From: Parcubacteria group bacterium M6-OD1-4
Lineage (GTDB): Bacteria > Patescibacteriota > Patescibacteriia > Patescibacteriales > UBA12465
Length of the DNA stretch: 60,201 bases
Assembly (NCBI GenBank): GCA_003056205.1
Contig: LSNS01000006.1
Coordinates: forward strand, 1-60,201
Direction: 5' to 3'
The translations under genes were made by a program, and so were the position numbers. Under the pieces are notes generated by a model. The model had not been told where the DNA came from. It saw nothing but the letters and a program-made list of their open reading frames with translations, and did not search any database. Positions 25,560 through 34,309 of the stretch are shown one piece after another (position 1 is the stretch's first letter; each line of letters starts with the position of its first letter).

Positions 25560-28500
25560 ATGAAAAAATTAAAAAAATTACCCATCGATGCCTTTAAAAA
25601 TGAAATTTTAGAGTGTATTGAAAAGAACCCGGTTTCAATAATTGTGGCCGAAACTGGTGCCGGTAAATCTACTCGTGTACCACAATTTCTTTTAGAATCC
25701 ACGGATTGGCAAATTGTCGTTACGCAACCACGTCGTGTGGCTGCTAAAGCTATAGCCAAGCGTGTTGCTGAAGAAATGAATTGTCCATTTGGAGACCTAG
25801 TTGGTTTTCGAACGGCAATTGAGCATCGGGATAGTTCTGAAACCAGGTGTCTTTTTGTCACTGATGGTTTACAGCTCGTTCGTGAGCTGGTTAAGACCAA
25901 AGCATCAATAAGCGGCGGAATTTGTCTTCTTATTGATGAGGTCCATGAGTGGAATCTCAATATTGAGACTCTTGTGGCCTGGGCAAAGAGACATCTTCTC
26001 TCTGGCACTGATATTAAAGTTGTTTTAATGTCAGCTACATTAGATTTTAAAGAATTATCAAAATTTTTTGATGATGCTCCCGTAATTCAAGTCCCAGGAC
26101 GCTGTTTTCCAGTACTAGGTTCGCCTACACATCCAAATGGCATTATTCAGAAAGGATCTTATGAGATGCTCACTGAAATCCAGAGACTAATCGCCGAAGG
26201 TGCGAATTCACTTGTTTTTTTACCTGGTAAAGGTGAAATAAAACAAATGGAAAGAGAGCTAAAGCAAAGCAATCCGAAGGCGGAAATTTTACCATTACAT
26301 GGCGATGTTGATTCGAATCAACAAGAATTAGTCTTCAAATCCTTTGCTCAACCGAAGGTGGTGTTGGCAACTAATATTGCCCAGACATCATTAACAATTC
26401 CGGATATCGATGCTGTTGTTGATTCGGGCTTAGAGCGCAGAGTTGAACTCATTAATGGCGTCGAGACCTTGTTGCTGGCAAATGTTTCTCAGGCCGATTG
26501 TCGCCAAAGAGCTGGACGGGCCGGGAGAGTTAAAGAAGGTCAATATGTTTTATGTAATAATAAAGCATACGATTCTTTTTCAACCTTTCCAATACCAGAA
26601 ATTCAGCGTTCTTTGTTGGATCAAATGGTATTACGTTTAGCTGGTGCTAATTTAAATGTTTTAGAGCTTTCCTTTTATCATCAACCAGAAAAGCAAATTC
26701 TAGTTGATGCTAAAAAACTGCTTTATGCAATTGAAGCTCTTGATCTAAACGGAGAAATAACAAAACTGGGGCGAAAAATTAATCGTTTTCCAGTGAATGT
26801 TATGTTTGCTCGCATGATGTTGGAAGCACTGGAGCGTAAATGTTTGGCGCCAATACTCAGTATTGTAGCTATTTTAGGAACTCGCTATGGTTCCATTCGC
26901 CGCAGACAACGGGATAACGACCCAGAAACCTACCAGTCTTGGGAAAAACTTATCGATTCTGATAAAGAATATCACTCTGATCTTCTATTAGAATATGATT
27001 TGTTCAAAATAGCTCGCTTCATGAAAAGGAGTGAATTAGCTAAGAAAGGTATTGATCCGAAAGGTTTTCGGACGGCAGTTGAAATTCGGGAGCGGATAAA
27101 AACTGCAATTCACCATCTTGGATATCAGAACCAAGACCATAGCCGGAACAAAACAAATGAAGAAGAAATTCTGAAATGTATTGCTTCTGGAATGTTGGTT
27201 CATTTATACCAGCATGCGGGCGGTAATGAATATGTAAATGGGGAAACGCGCACTTTAGCTCGTGAATCCATTATTCAAAATCTTCCTAGTAATCCAGAAT
27301 GGATTGTCGGGGAACCATTGAATATAGACATTGTTAACCGACGTGGTCGGGCACAAACCATTGCCTTAGTTAAGAGTTGTACAGTGGTTGATCCCCTGTG
27401 GTTTATCAAAATTGCCCCGCACTTAGTGGAGCAAAAAATTGAGAACTTACGTTATGATGGGGAATTAATGGGTATAGTTGAAGATCATTTCGTGCTTTTT
27501 AACGGTGTTGAAATTGCCCGGAAGAAGAAGTTGGCAGACTATCGCCTAGAAGTGCTTGATAAATTCAGTTCGGCGTTAGCTCATCATTATTTTCCAAGTG
27601 ATTCTACTTGGCAACAGATTAGCGATGCTAATGAAGCCAATTTAGCAAAATACCGTAAATTTCGGATAAGAAGTGGTGGAATAATTGAGAATTTAGATTC
27701 ATCATTTTTATCCAATCACTATCAAAACGTGCTTGAGAAAGCCGTAAAAGATAAGAAAATAAAAAACTTATCTTTGCCGGTGATTGAGGCAACATTAGGT
27801 GGATTATCTTCGCTTTATTTACCGCTTGATTCGTATCTTTCGGCAGAAGAGGAAAATCGCATCAAACGCGAAAACCCCGATACTGTTGAAATAGCTGGTC
27901 AAGAGTATCCTGTTACTTATGGTCAATCAAGTAATGAATTCTATGCCCAGCTTTCAGTTGATAAGAAATTTATTCAAGAAACTAATCTGGAGCGGATCAA
28001 TCTTCCCAATGGTCGTGAGCTTGTGATTGAGTGCGAAAATTATTCAGGAACTTTTTCTGAAATTCGTATTAAATTTCAGGAACAAATGATCAATAACTTC
28101 AAAGCTGAAATTTCTCAGTTTATTGTCATTCCGCAAGAAGAACCGTTTCAGCGGAATAATTGGACATGGCAACTCACTGAGTTCGGACAAACTCTACAAA
28201 AATATTTTAATCAAATTCAAGTTGAAATTATTGAGAATTTAAATTCTGATAATCAGACGGAATTAATTGAAATAGTTAAGAGAAAAACTGAAGAAAAGAA
28301 AAAGAATCTTCTTATTGGATATGAAAAAGCCAATATTTTAATTAAAAATGAAGAGGATGATTTGGAAAAAACTTTAGTTGAATTTAATATGGAGTTTGCT
28401 CAAGAGGAAGTTCACCAAATTCGTAATCAGTTTATAGAAGTAAAATCGTTTTTGCAAAAAGCGAAATTTACAGAAATAAATAATTACTGTCGTGAGATAG

Positions 28501-28904
28501 AAAAAAGGATTACAGAATTAAAGCCGATGGTAGCAAAGCGGAAAAAAGAACGGGAAGATGTAGTCAAAAAAAATAATATTCCCAATTATCTTTTATCTGC
28601 CTTCGGTGGAGACTTGAGCCGCACCACCCAATTTCTGGCTAATGTTTCCAAGATTCAGACTTGGAGATTGGATGAACATGAAATCACTTGCGGTCGTTCT
28701 CGGGCGAGCCAGAATATCAAAGAAGCCTGGACTGCGATGAGAGAGAAGTCTGATTTCTTTTGTGGGGCTGATCCAAATGATGTTAAGTATTATGTACACG
28801 AATATCATTTTGGAAATAGTCAAAACGAAGAAGATGAATCAGAAATCGATTCATCCAGTGACGCTATGTTTGAGGCTTTGCGTCGGGCTGGTCTAGTCGA
28901 ATAG
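25560..28904 (+). CDS. DEAH/RHA-family RNA helicase (HrpA/HrpB-like) with long C-terminal extension
   Basis: AETGAGKST, TQPRRVAA, DEVH, MSAT, ATNIAQTSLTI, QRAGRAGR; HA2-like region. Confidence 0.9.
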   Translation: MKKLKKLPIDAFKNEILECIEKNPVSIIVAETGAGKSTRVPQFLLESTDWQIVVTQPRRVAAKAIAKRVAEEMNCPFGDLVGFRTAIEHRDSSETRCLFVTDGLQLVRELVKTKASISGGICLLIDEVHEWNLNIETLVAWAKRHLLSGTDIKVVLMSATLDFKELSKFFDDAPVIQVPGRCFPVLGSPTHPNGIIQKGSYEMLTEIQRLIAEGANSLVFLPGKGEIKQMERELKQSNPKAEILPLHGDVDSNQQELVFKSFAQPKVVLATNIAQTSLTIPDIDAVVDSGLERRVELINGVETLLLANVSQADCRQRAGRAGRVKEGQYVLCNNKAYDSFSTFPIPEIQRSLLDQMVLRLAGANLNVLELSFYHQPEKQILVDAKKLLYAIEALDLNGEITKLGRKINRFPVNVMFARMMLEALERKCLAPILSIVAILGTRYGSIRRRQRDNDPETYQSWEKLIDSDKEYHSDLLLEYDLFKIARFMKRSELAKKGIDPKGFRTAVEIRERIKTAIHHLGYQNQDHSRNKTNEEEILKCIASGMLVHLYQHAGGNEYVNGETRTLARESIIQNLPSNPEWIVGEPLNIDIVNRRGRAQTIALVKSCTVVDPLWFIKIAPHLVEQKIENLRYDGELMGIVEDHFVLFNGVEIARKKKLADYRLEVLDKFSSALAHHYFPSDSTWQQISDANEANLAKYRKFRIRSGGIIENLDSSFLSNHYQNVLEKAVKDKKIKNLSLPVIEATLGGLSSLYLPLDSYLSAEEENRIKRENPDTVEIAGQEYPVTYGQSSNEFYAQLSVDKKFIQETNLERINLPNGRELVIECENYSGTFSEIRIKFQEQMINNFKAEISQFIVIPQEEPFQRNNWTWQLTEFGQTLQKYFNQIQVEIIENLNSDNQTELIEIVKRKTEEKKKNLLIGYEKANILIKNEEDDLEKTLVEFNMEFAQEEVHQIRNQFIEVKSFLQKAKFTEINNYCREIEKRITELKPMVAKRKKEREDVVKKNNIPNYLLSAFGGDLSRTTQFLANVSKIQTWRLDEHEITCGRSRASQNIKEAWTAMREKSDFFCGADPNDVKYYVHEYHFGNSQNEEDESEIDSSSDAMFEALRRAGLVE

Positions 28905-29059
28905 TTTTTTGTCTTCCCTCGACATAAAATTGGGCGCTTTAATCCCTAAGAGCGAAATTCAGATGGGAATAAACTTAAAATTGCGAACAGGCTCGTTTAA
29001 CCTGTTCGCTTCTTTCCCGAAGATATCATTGAAAATGGTGTTTTCAGCAGAGAAATAAT

Positions 29060-29200
29060 AAAATCCACTAGCAATTTGTTGGGTGCTAAAATAAACATTC
29101 ATATTTAAATTAAACTCTCTCCTTTAAATAAATGTTTATTTCTAATAATTTTGCATTTCGATGCAAAATAAGCCCAGACAAACTATTAGTGGATTTTTAT
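29060..29200 (+). ncRNA. Three-way-junction structure / terminator at the operon 3' end
   Basis: Closing stem aaaatccactag/ttagtggatttt encloses two hairpins, one attttgcat-TTCG-atgcaaaat. Confidence 0.5.
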
Positions 29201-29297
29201 TATAGTCGCTAAATCTAATATTTTATTAATAATAATTTATGGTAAACTTGTAATTTAATTTTAAAAAAATATTTTTATTAAAATTCTTAGTGATGTC

Positions 29298-29330
29298 AAA
29301 AAAAGACTTGGTAAATATCAAGTCTTTTTT
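29298..29330. terminator. Terminator downstream of tRNA-Ala (bidirectional)
   Basis: aaaaaaagacttg ... caagtctttttt. Confidence 0.75.
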
Positions 29331-29331
29331 G

Positions 29332-29405
29332 TGGACCCTAAGGGATTCGAACCCTTGACCCCCTGCTTGCAAAGCAGGTGCTCTGACCAGCTGAGCTAAG
29401 GGCCC
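29332..29405 (-). tRNA. tRNA-Ala(TGC)
   Basis: GGGCCCT/AGGGTCC acceptor with G3:U70; CCTGC-TTTGCAA-GCAGG. Confidence 0.95.
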
Positions 29406-29458
29406 GGCTAATTCATTTTGAGATTATCAGTTATTTATTTAATCGTCAATAGACTTTT

Positions 29459-29707
29459 TTATTTATTATATTTCATTAGCGGACCCAACAACCAAGCCAT
29501 TAAGGCCTGGCCACTACCAGTCATGACAATGATGCCGACAACTAAAAATAAAATACCAATTAGTTTATAACCTAAACGTGATCCGCCCTCTGATCCTAAT
29601 TTATCCTCAAACCAGGCAATACGTCCAAAATTGTTTAAAAACCATTCGGTTTTCACGACTAAAAAAGCACCGATAACGGTTATTAATAGTCCAGTTAAAA
29701 TAAACAT
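29459..29707 (-). CDS. Small two-TM membrane protein
   Basis: 82-aa ORF; TM-FGRIAWFEDKLGSEGGSR-TM. Confidence 0.7.
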   Translation of the reverse strand: MFILTGLLITVIGAFLVVKTEWFLNNFGRIAWFEDKLGSEGGSRLGYKLIGILFLVVGIIVMTGSGQALMAWLLGPLMKYNK

Positions 29708-29741
29708 AAGATTAGAATTAATTATAATTAGAAATTAGCTT

Positions 29742-31109
29742 TTAGCGAACATAGTTTAATGGATTCCGTCTAATACCATTAACTAAAACTTCAAAATGTA
29801 GGTGGGGACCAGTAGAATTGCCAGTAGAGCCCATCAGGGCAATAGTTTGTCCGCGTTTAACATATTCTCCAGGACGTACTAATAATCGAGAAGCGTGTCC
29901 ATAACGAGTTTCAATTCCATTACCATTATTTAATAAAACAGTATTACCATAACCACCGTTCCAGCCTCCTTGGGCGATAATTACTCGACCACTAGCGGCA
30001 GCAAAAATTGGGGTGCCAATGCGATTAGCAATATCAACTCCGTGGTGGTGCCAAGAATAATACTGGGTGATAACATGACCAACTGTTGGCCAAATTAAAC
30101 CCGAAGAACTGACACGAGTGTGAGAAGTTCTAATTAAATTATGAATTGTTGATAAACCAGTATAGCTAGTATTAATAGCAGAGCGGGTTGTGCGACGAGT
30201 AGTGGCGACATAGCGCCTAATATATCGTCCACCAGGAATGATAATTTTTTGACCAATTTTTAGACCAGCACTTAAATCATTAGCCGCTAATATTTTATTC
30301 GCTACTACTTTATAGCGTGCCGATAGACCACTAATAGTATCGCCAGATTGGGCAGTATATAATACTCCACTAGTTGGTAAAATTGATAATTTATCACCCG
30401 GGCGAATCAGACTATAAGCGGTTAAATGATTAGCCCATAAAATAGTATTAATACTAATTCCAAAATAACGAGCAATAGCACTAATAGTGTCTCCACTTTT
30501 AATAGTGTAACTAATAATTCTTTGTCGTTTAATAGTTGCGCCTTGATTATAATTTTGTGGATTATAACTAGAAGCGTTATTAATAATAATTGGCTTAAAG
30601 ACTAAATTATTATTTTTATTAAAAATTGTTAACTGTTCTTGATTAGCAATTTTTCCAAATGGTGATGGTGATTTTTTATCAAGAATAGCTTGTTGATAAA
30701 GACGTTTATCTCTCTGAGCTTGAAGAACTTTATTAGGAATCGCTGTTTCAGTAATTAAAATTTCACGAGGATTAGTATTAATATCGGACGGTATTAGATG
30801 GGCTAAAATAGTTTGAGAAAGATCACGACTAGAAAAATTTGGATTAATTGGACTACTTAAATTATTGATAATAAAACCAGTGGCCAAAGTGAGAATAAAT
30901 AAATAAGCTAATTGATTATGGCTAATTTCTCTTACGACTTTTTTAGTTAAGTCGTCTTTTTTTAAACGGAAGATGCTATAGTAAATCTTTGCTAGTATTC
31001 CATAAAAAATATCTTTTAAAATCAATCTTAAAAAACCAATGACTAAGCTAAATAGCTGAGAAATCAATTTATTTATTAGGCGTAGAAATTTAATACCAAT
31101 TAAGCCCAA
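29742..31109 (-). CDS. LysM + M23 metallopeptidase (start uncertain)
   Basis: Two LysM repeats (YTIKSGDTISAIA); HHGVDIA, YGHAS, STGPHLHFEV. Confidence 0.9.
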   Translation of the reverse strand: MGLIGIKFLRLINKLISQLFSLVIGFLRLILKDIFYGILAKIYYSIFRLKKDDLTKKVVREISHNQLAYLFILTLATGFIINNLSSPINPNFSSRDLSQTILAHLIPSDINTNPREILITETAIPNKVLQAQRDKRLYQQAILDKKSPSPFGKIANQEQLTIFNKNNNLVFKPIIINNASSYNPQNYNQGATIKRQRIISYTIKSGDTISAIARYFGISINTILWANHLTAYSLIRPGDKLSILPTSGVLYTAQSGDTISGLSARYKVVANKILAANDLSAGLKIGQKIIIPGGRYIRRYVATTRRTTRSAINTSYTGLSTIHNLIRTSHTRVSSSGLIWPTVGHVITQYYSWHHHGVDIANRIGTPIFAAASGRVIIAQGGWNGGYGNTVLLNNGNGIETRYGHASRLLVRPGEYVKRGQTIALMGSTGNSTGPHLHFEVLVNGIRRNPLNYVR

Positions 31110-31250
31110 TTCAATAATGATCTTTTTAGATTGTTGTCCAATTGTTTGCTTGATATAGTTTTTATTAAACTTGACCTTATACTATCATTTTTCAACTTTT
31201 ATCGTCAATTTATGTTATAATGGAAATAATTAATATTTACAATTTGTGTT

Positions 31251-31994
31251 ATGTATAAAATAGTCTTGCTTCGTCATGGAGAAAGTGTCTGGAATAAAAA
31301 AGGCTTGTTTACAGGCTGGACTGACGTTGGCTTAACATTGCGGGGACGTTCTGAGGCTCGGGAAGCGGGTCAAAAACTTAAAAATAAGGGTTTTATTTTT
31401 GATTTAGCCTATACCTCATTATTAAAAAGAGCTTCAACTACTTTAGATTTAGTTTTAAAAGAATTAGACCAAGAACAAATTCCTATTAAAATTGATTGGC
31501 GATTAAACGAGCGCCATTATGGCAATTTACAAGGTTTGAATAAAACTGCTACCGCTAAAAAATTTGGTCTTCAGCAAGTCCTGTTATGGCGCCGTTCTTA
31601 TGCTGTGCGTCCACCAGAAATTACTCCGCAAAATCCCTATAATCAAGAACATGATGCGAAATATAAAAATATTAAAGTTCCTAAGTCTGAAAGCTTAAAA
31701 GATGTTGTCGCCCGTGTTGTTCCTTTTTGGCAACAAGAAATTATTCCTAAATTAAAAAATCACCAACGAATTATTATTACTGCCAGCGGTAATAGTTTAC
31801 GAGCTTTAATTAAGCACTTAGATCGGATTAGCCCTCAGAAGATTGCGCAATTAAATATTCCAACTGGTATTCCCTTGATTTATGAATTTAATAGCAAAAT
31901 GCAAATTCAGCGACATTATTATTTAGCGGATTCTAAAAAATTGAAATTAGCCGTAAATCGTGTTAAAGAACAGGTTCAGCAATCTACAAAATAA
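31251..31994 (+). CDS. gpmA: 2,3-BPG-dependent phosphoglycerate mutase
   Basis: LLRHGESVWN, LNERHYG, LNIPTGIP. Confidence 0.93.
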   Translation: MYKIVLLRHGESVWNKKGLFTGWTDVGLTLRGRSEAREAGQKLKNKGFIFDLAYTSLLKRASTTLDLVLKELDQEQIPIKIDWRLNERHYGNLQGLNKTATAKKFGLQQVLLWRRSYAVRPPEITPQNPYNQEHDAKYKNIKVPKSESLKDVVARVVPFWQQEIIPKLKNHQRIIITASGNSLRALIKHLDRISPQKIAQLNIPTGIPLIYEFNSKMQIQRHYYLADSKKLKLAVNRVKEQVQQSTK

Positions 31995-31996
31995 TT

Positions 31997-32917
31997 TTAA
32001 TTTACAATTATCGGAAAGGGTTTTTTTTGTCCGTAGGGGCGAACGCCTTCTTTACAAAATTTAGCAAGATGTCTCTTAAAATAAGGAGTTTTGACAGCTT
32101 GTATTTTACCCACTAAATAATAACTAGCCGCCATCATCAAGGCATAAGTCGCAGAACTTGGAACCACTATTTCCCAACGGCTACTAGGATTTCCAAAATA
32201 TTTATTTTCTCCAAAACTAATTACCAGTTCTTTTTTCCAAGGATGAACAAATTTAGCATGTCGGGCTTCACCAAAAGTAAAAGCACGAATAGAGAGATAG
32301 GGTCCAAAGAGTTCATCTTTTTTAATTCTGAGCATTTCCACAATCGCTTCAAATTTATCGGGAAGAATAAAAGTATAAGCGAGATAGTTTTTATAATCTC
32401 TTAATAGTCGTGGGAGAGTTAATTTTTCAATAAAGATTTTAATATCTTGAGCTTTTTCCGTGCTACTACTCAGGAACATTCCTAAGTAGGTAGAAATATT
32501 ATAAGTATAAGGTTCGGGTACTTTTTGATAAGCGAATACTTGATCAGCAATTTGAGCGGCCGGAGAATTAGGACTGCAAGTTAAGAGGGTGGTTTTTAAT
32601 TTATATTTTTTCGCCAATTGTAATTCCCAGACTGAATCTTTTTCTCCCGAAGCGGAAATTATCAAAGCTTGATCAATGTTTTTATTCTTAATGCTTTTTT
32701 GATAATTTTTAATAATTTGTGCGAAACTACTTTCATTAGCAATTACCGCTGGTCGCTTAGCAAAGAGAGCTTGCGCAGTGTGATAGGCATTACCACTACC
32801 CACCACCAAAGGAAATTTAAATTTTTGTAGTTGAAGATGAACTGGTGGATTTTTAATAAAGAAATTAAGGGCCGCCATAACACTAGCGTCTAGATTGGGT
32901 AAATTTTTAGTATTCAT
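31997..32917 (-). CDS. SIS-domain sugar-phosphate isomerase-like protein
   Basis: VVGSGNA, IISASGEKDS, GEARHAK. Confidence 0.65.
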   Translation of the reverse strand: MNTKNLPNLDASVMAALNFFIKNPPVHLQLQKFKFPLVVGSGNAYHTAQALFAKRPAVIANESSFAQIIKNYQKSIKNKNIDQALIISASGEKDSVWELQLAKKYKLKTTLLTCSPNSPAAQIADQVFAYQKVPEPYTYNISTYLGMFLSSSTEKAQDIKIFIEKLTLPRLLRDYKNYLAYTFILPDKFEAIVEMLRIKKDELFGPYLSIRAFTFGEARHAKFVHPWKKELVISFGENKYFGNPSSRWEIVVPSSATYALMMAASYYLVGKIQAVKTPYFKRHLAKFCKEGVRPYGQKKPFPIIVN

Positions 32918-33085
32918 AAGATTTATTTTATTTGATAAATATTAAATTTGAGAATGTTTATGAATCAAGAAAGTCTTCAATCTTCCTTATTCTATTCATA
33001 TTTTTATTATAATTCATCTTGATTTTTATTTCAATTTAAGTTAGGATGGATTTAAGCTCTGGTTAATTATTTAAAATGTTTTTCT

Positions 33086-33805
33086 ATGTCTGGACATTCT
33101 AAATGGGCGACAACTCACCGTCAGAAAGAATTAGTGGATGCAAAACGGGGGGTAGTTTTTACCAAGTTCGCCAATATAATTAGCATTGCTGCTCGTCAAG
33201 GTGGCGATCCCGATAGCAATCCTGCTTTGCGCTCCGCCATTGATCGTGCCCGAGCGGTTAGTATGCCCAAAGATAATATTTTACGAGCGATTAAAAAAGG
33301 AACTGGAGAACTCGGTGGCGAACAAGTTGAGGAATTATTCTATGAAGGAATTTTACCTGGTGGTATTCAAGTGGTTGTCAAGTGCTTAACAGATAATAAG
33401 AATCGGAGTGCTGCAGCCGTTCGTCATTTATTTACTAAAAATGGTGGTTCCTTTAGTTCAGTTCTCTGGAATTTTTCTCAACTGGGTGTTATCCGTTTAG
33501 CAACTGCGGAAATAGCTAGTCAAAAATTAAATCATGAAGAATTAGAGTTAGAGCTTATTGATCAACAAATAGTAGATTTTATTAAAGAGCCAGAAGGAAT
33601 TAGTATTTATACTGAAGTGGTTAATTTTCAGAAAATTAATGATTTTTTGGAGAAAAAAGGCTTACACTCAGAAAGTGCTGAAATTGAATATGTCGCTAAA
33701 GATAAAATTGAATTAAATTCTGAACACTCGGAAAAAATGAATAAATTTTTTGCCGAACTTGATGACAACGAAGATGCTAGTACTTATTATTCCAATTTAC
33801 TTTAA
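33086..33805 (+). CDS. yebC: YebC/PmpR family protein
   Basis: MSGHSKWAT, LTDNKNRS. Confidence 0.93.
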   Translation: MSGHSKWATTHRQKELVDAKRGVVFTKFANIISIAARQGGDPDSNPALRSAIDRARAVSMPKDNILRAIKKGTGELGGEQVEELFYEGILPGGIQVVVKCLTDNKNRSAAAVRHLFTKNGGSFSSVLWNFSQLGVIRLATAEIASQKLNHEELELELIDQQIVDFIKEPEGISIYTEVVNFQKINDFLEKKGLHSESAEIEYVAKDKIELNSEHSEKMNKFFAELDDNEDASTYYSNLL

Positions 33806-33817
33806 GGATTGATTTAT

Positions 33818-34309
33818 ATGTCTCAAATTATTTTAGGAGTTGATCCGGGTTTAGCTGATACCGGTTATGGCGTGATTCAAGAAAATCATGGCCAATTAAC
33901 TTGTTTAGTCTATGGATCAATTAAAACTCCGGCGGGAACGAGTCTAGTTTCTCGTTTAGAAATGCTTCATCGAGAATTAAAAAAAATAATCAAGAAATAT
34001 CAGCCACAATTATCTGCCGTCGAACAGTTATTTTTTAATAAGAATGTCCGGACCGCTTTAATTGTCGCCCAAGCTCGAGGAGTAATTCTTCTCACTCTTC
34101 AAGAAAATAAAATACCCTTATTAGAGTTTACCCCCGCTCAAGTTAAAAGAGCGGTTACTGCTTATGGGCAAGCTCCGAAGATTCAAGTTCAAAAGATGAT
34201 TAAACGAATTTTTAAATTATCCCAATTACCACAACCTGATGATGCCGCCGATGCTTTAGCCTTAGCAATTTGTGCAATAAATTCTAGAATTTTATGTCTA
34301 AAAAATTAA
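33818..34309 (+). CDS. ruvC: Holliday junction resolvase
   Basis: ILGVDPG, AVEQLFF, PDDAADALA. Confidence 0.95.
   Translation: MSQIILGVDPGLADTGYGVIQENHGQLTCLVYGSIKTPAGTSLVSRLEMLHRELKKIIKKYQPQLSAVEQLFFNKNVRTALIVAQARGVILLTLQENKIPLLEFTPAQVKRAVTAYGQAPKIQVQKMIKRIFKLSQLPQPDDAADALALAICAINSRILCLKN

Noticed and set aside
28912..28985. Twister-ribozyme-like words (ccctaag ... ttca gatggg)
   Set aside because: The T1/T2 pseudoknot pairings and P1/P2 register could not be completed
20703..29300. CRISPR array or cas operon accompanying Csx3
   Set aside because: No regularly spaced direct repeats or other cas genes seen anywhere in the window
16602..29405. Island bounded by attL/attR at tRNA-Ala and the tRNA-like RNA
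   Set aside because: The two 3' ends are not direct repeats and there is no integrase in the interval
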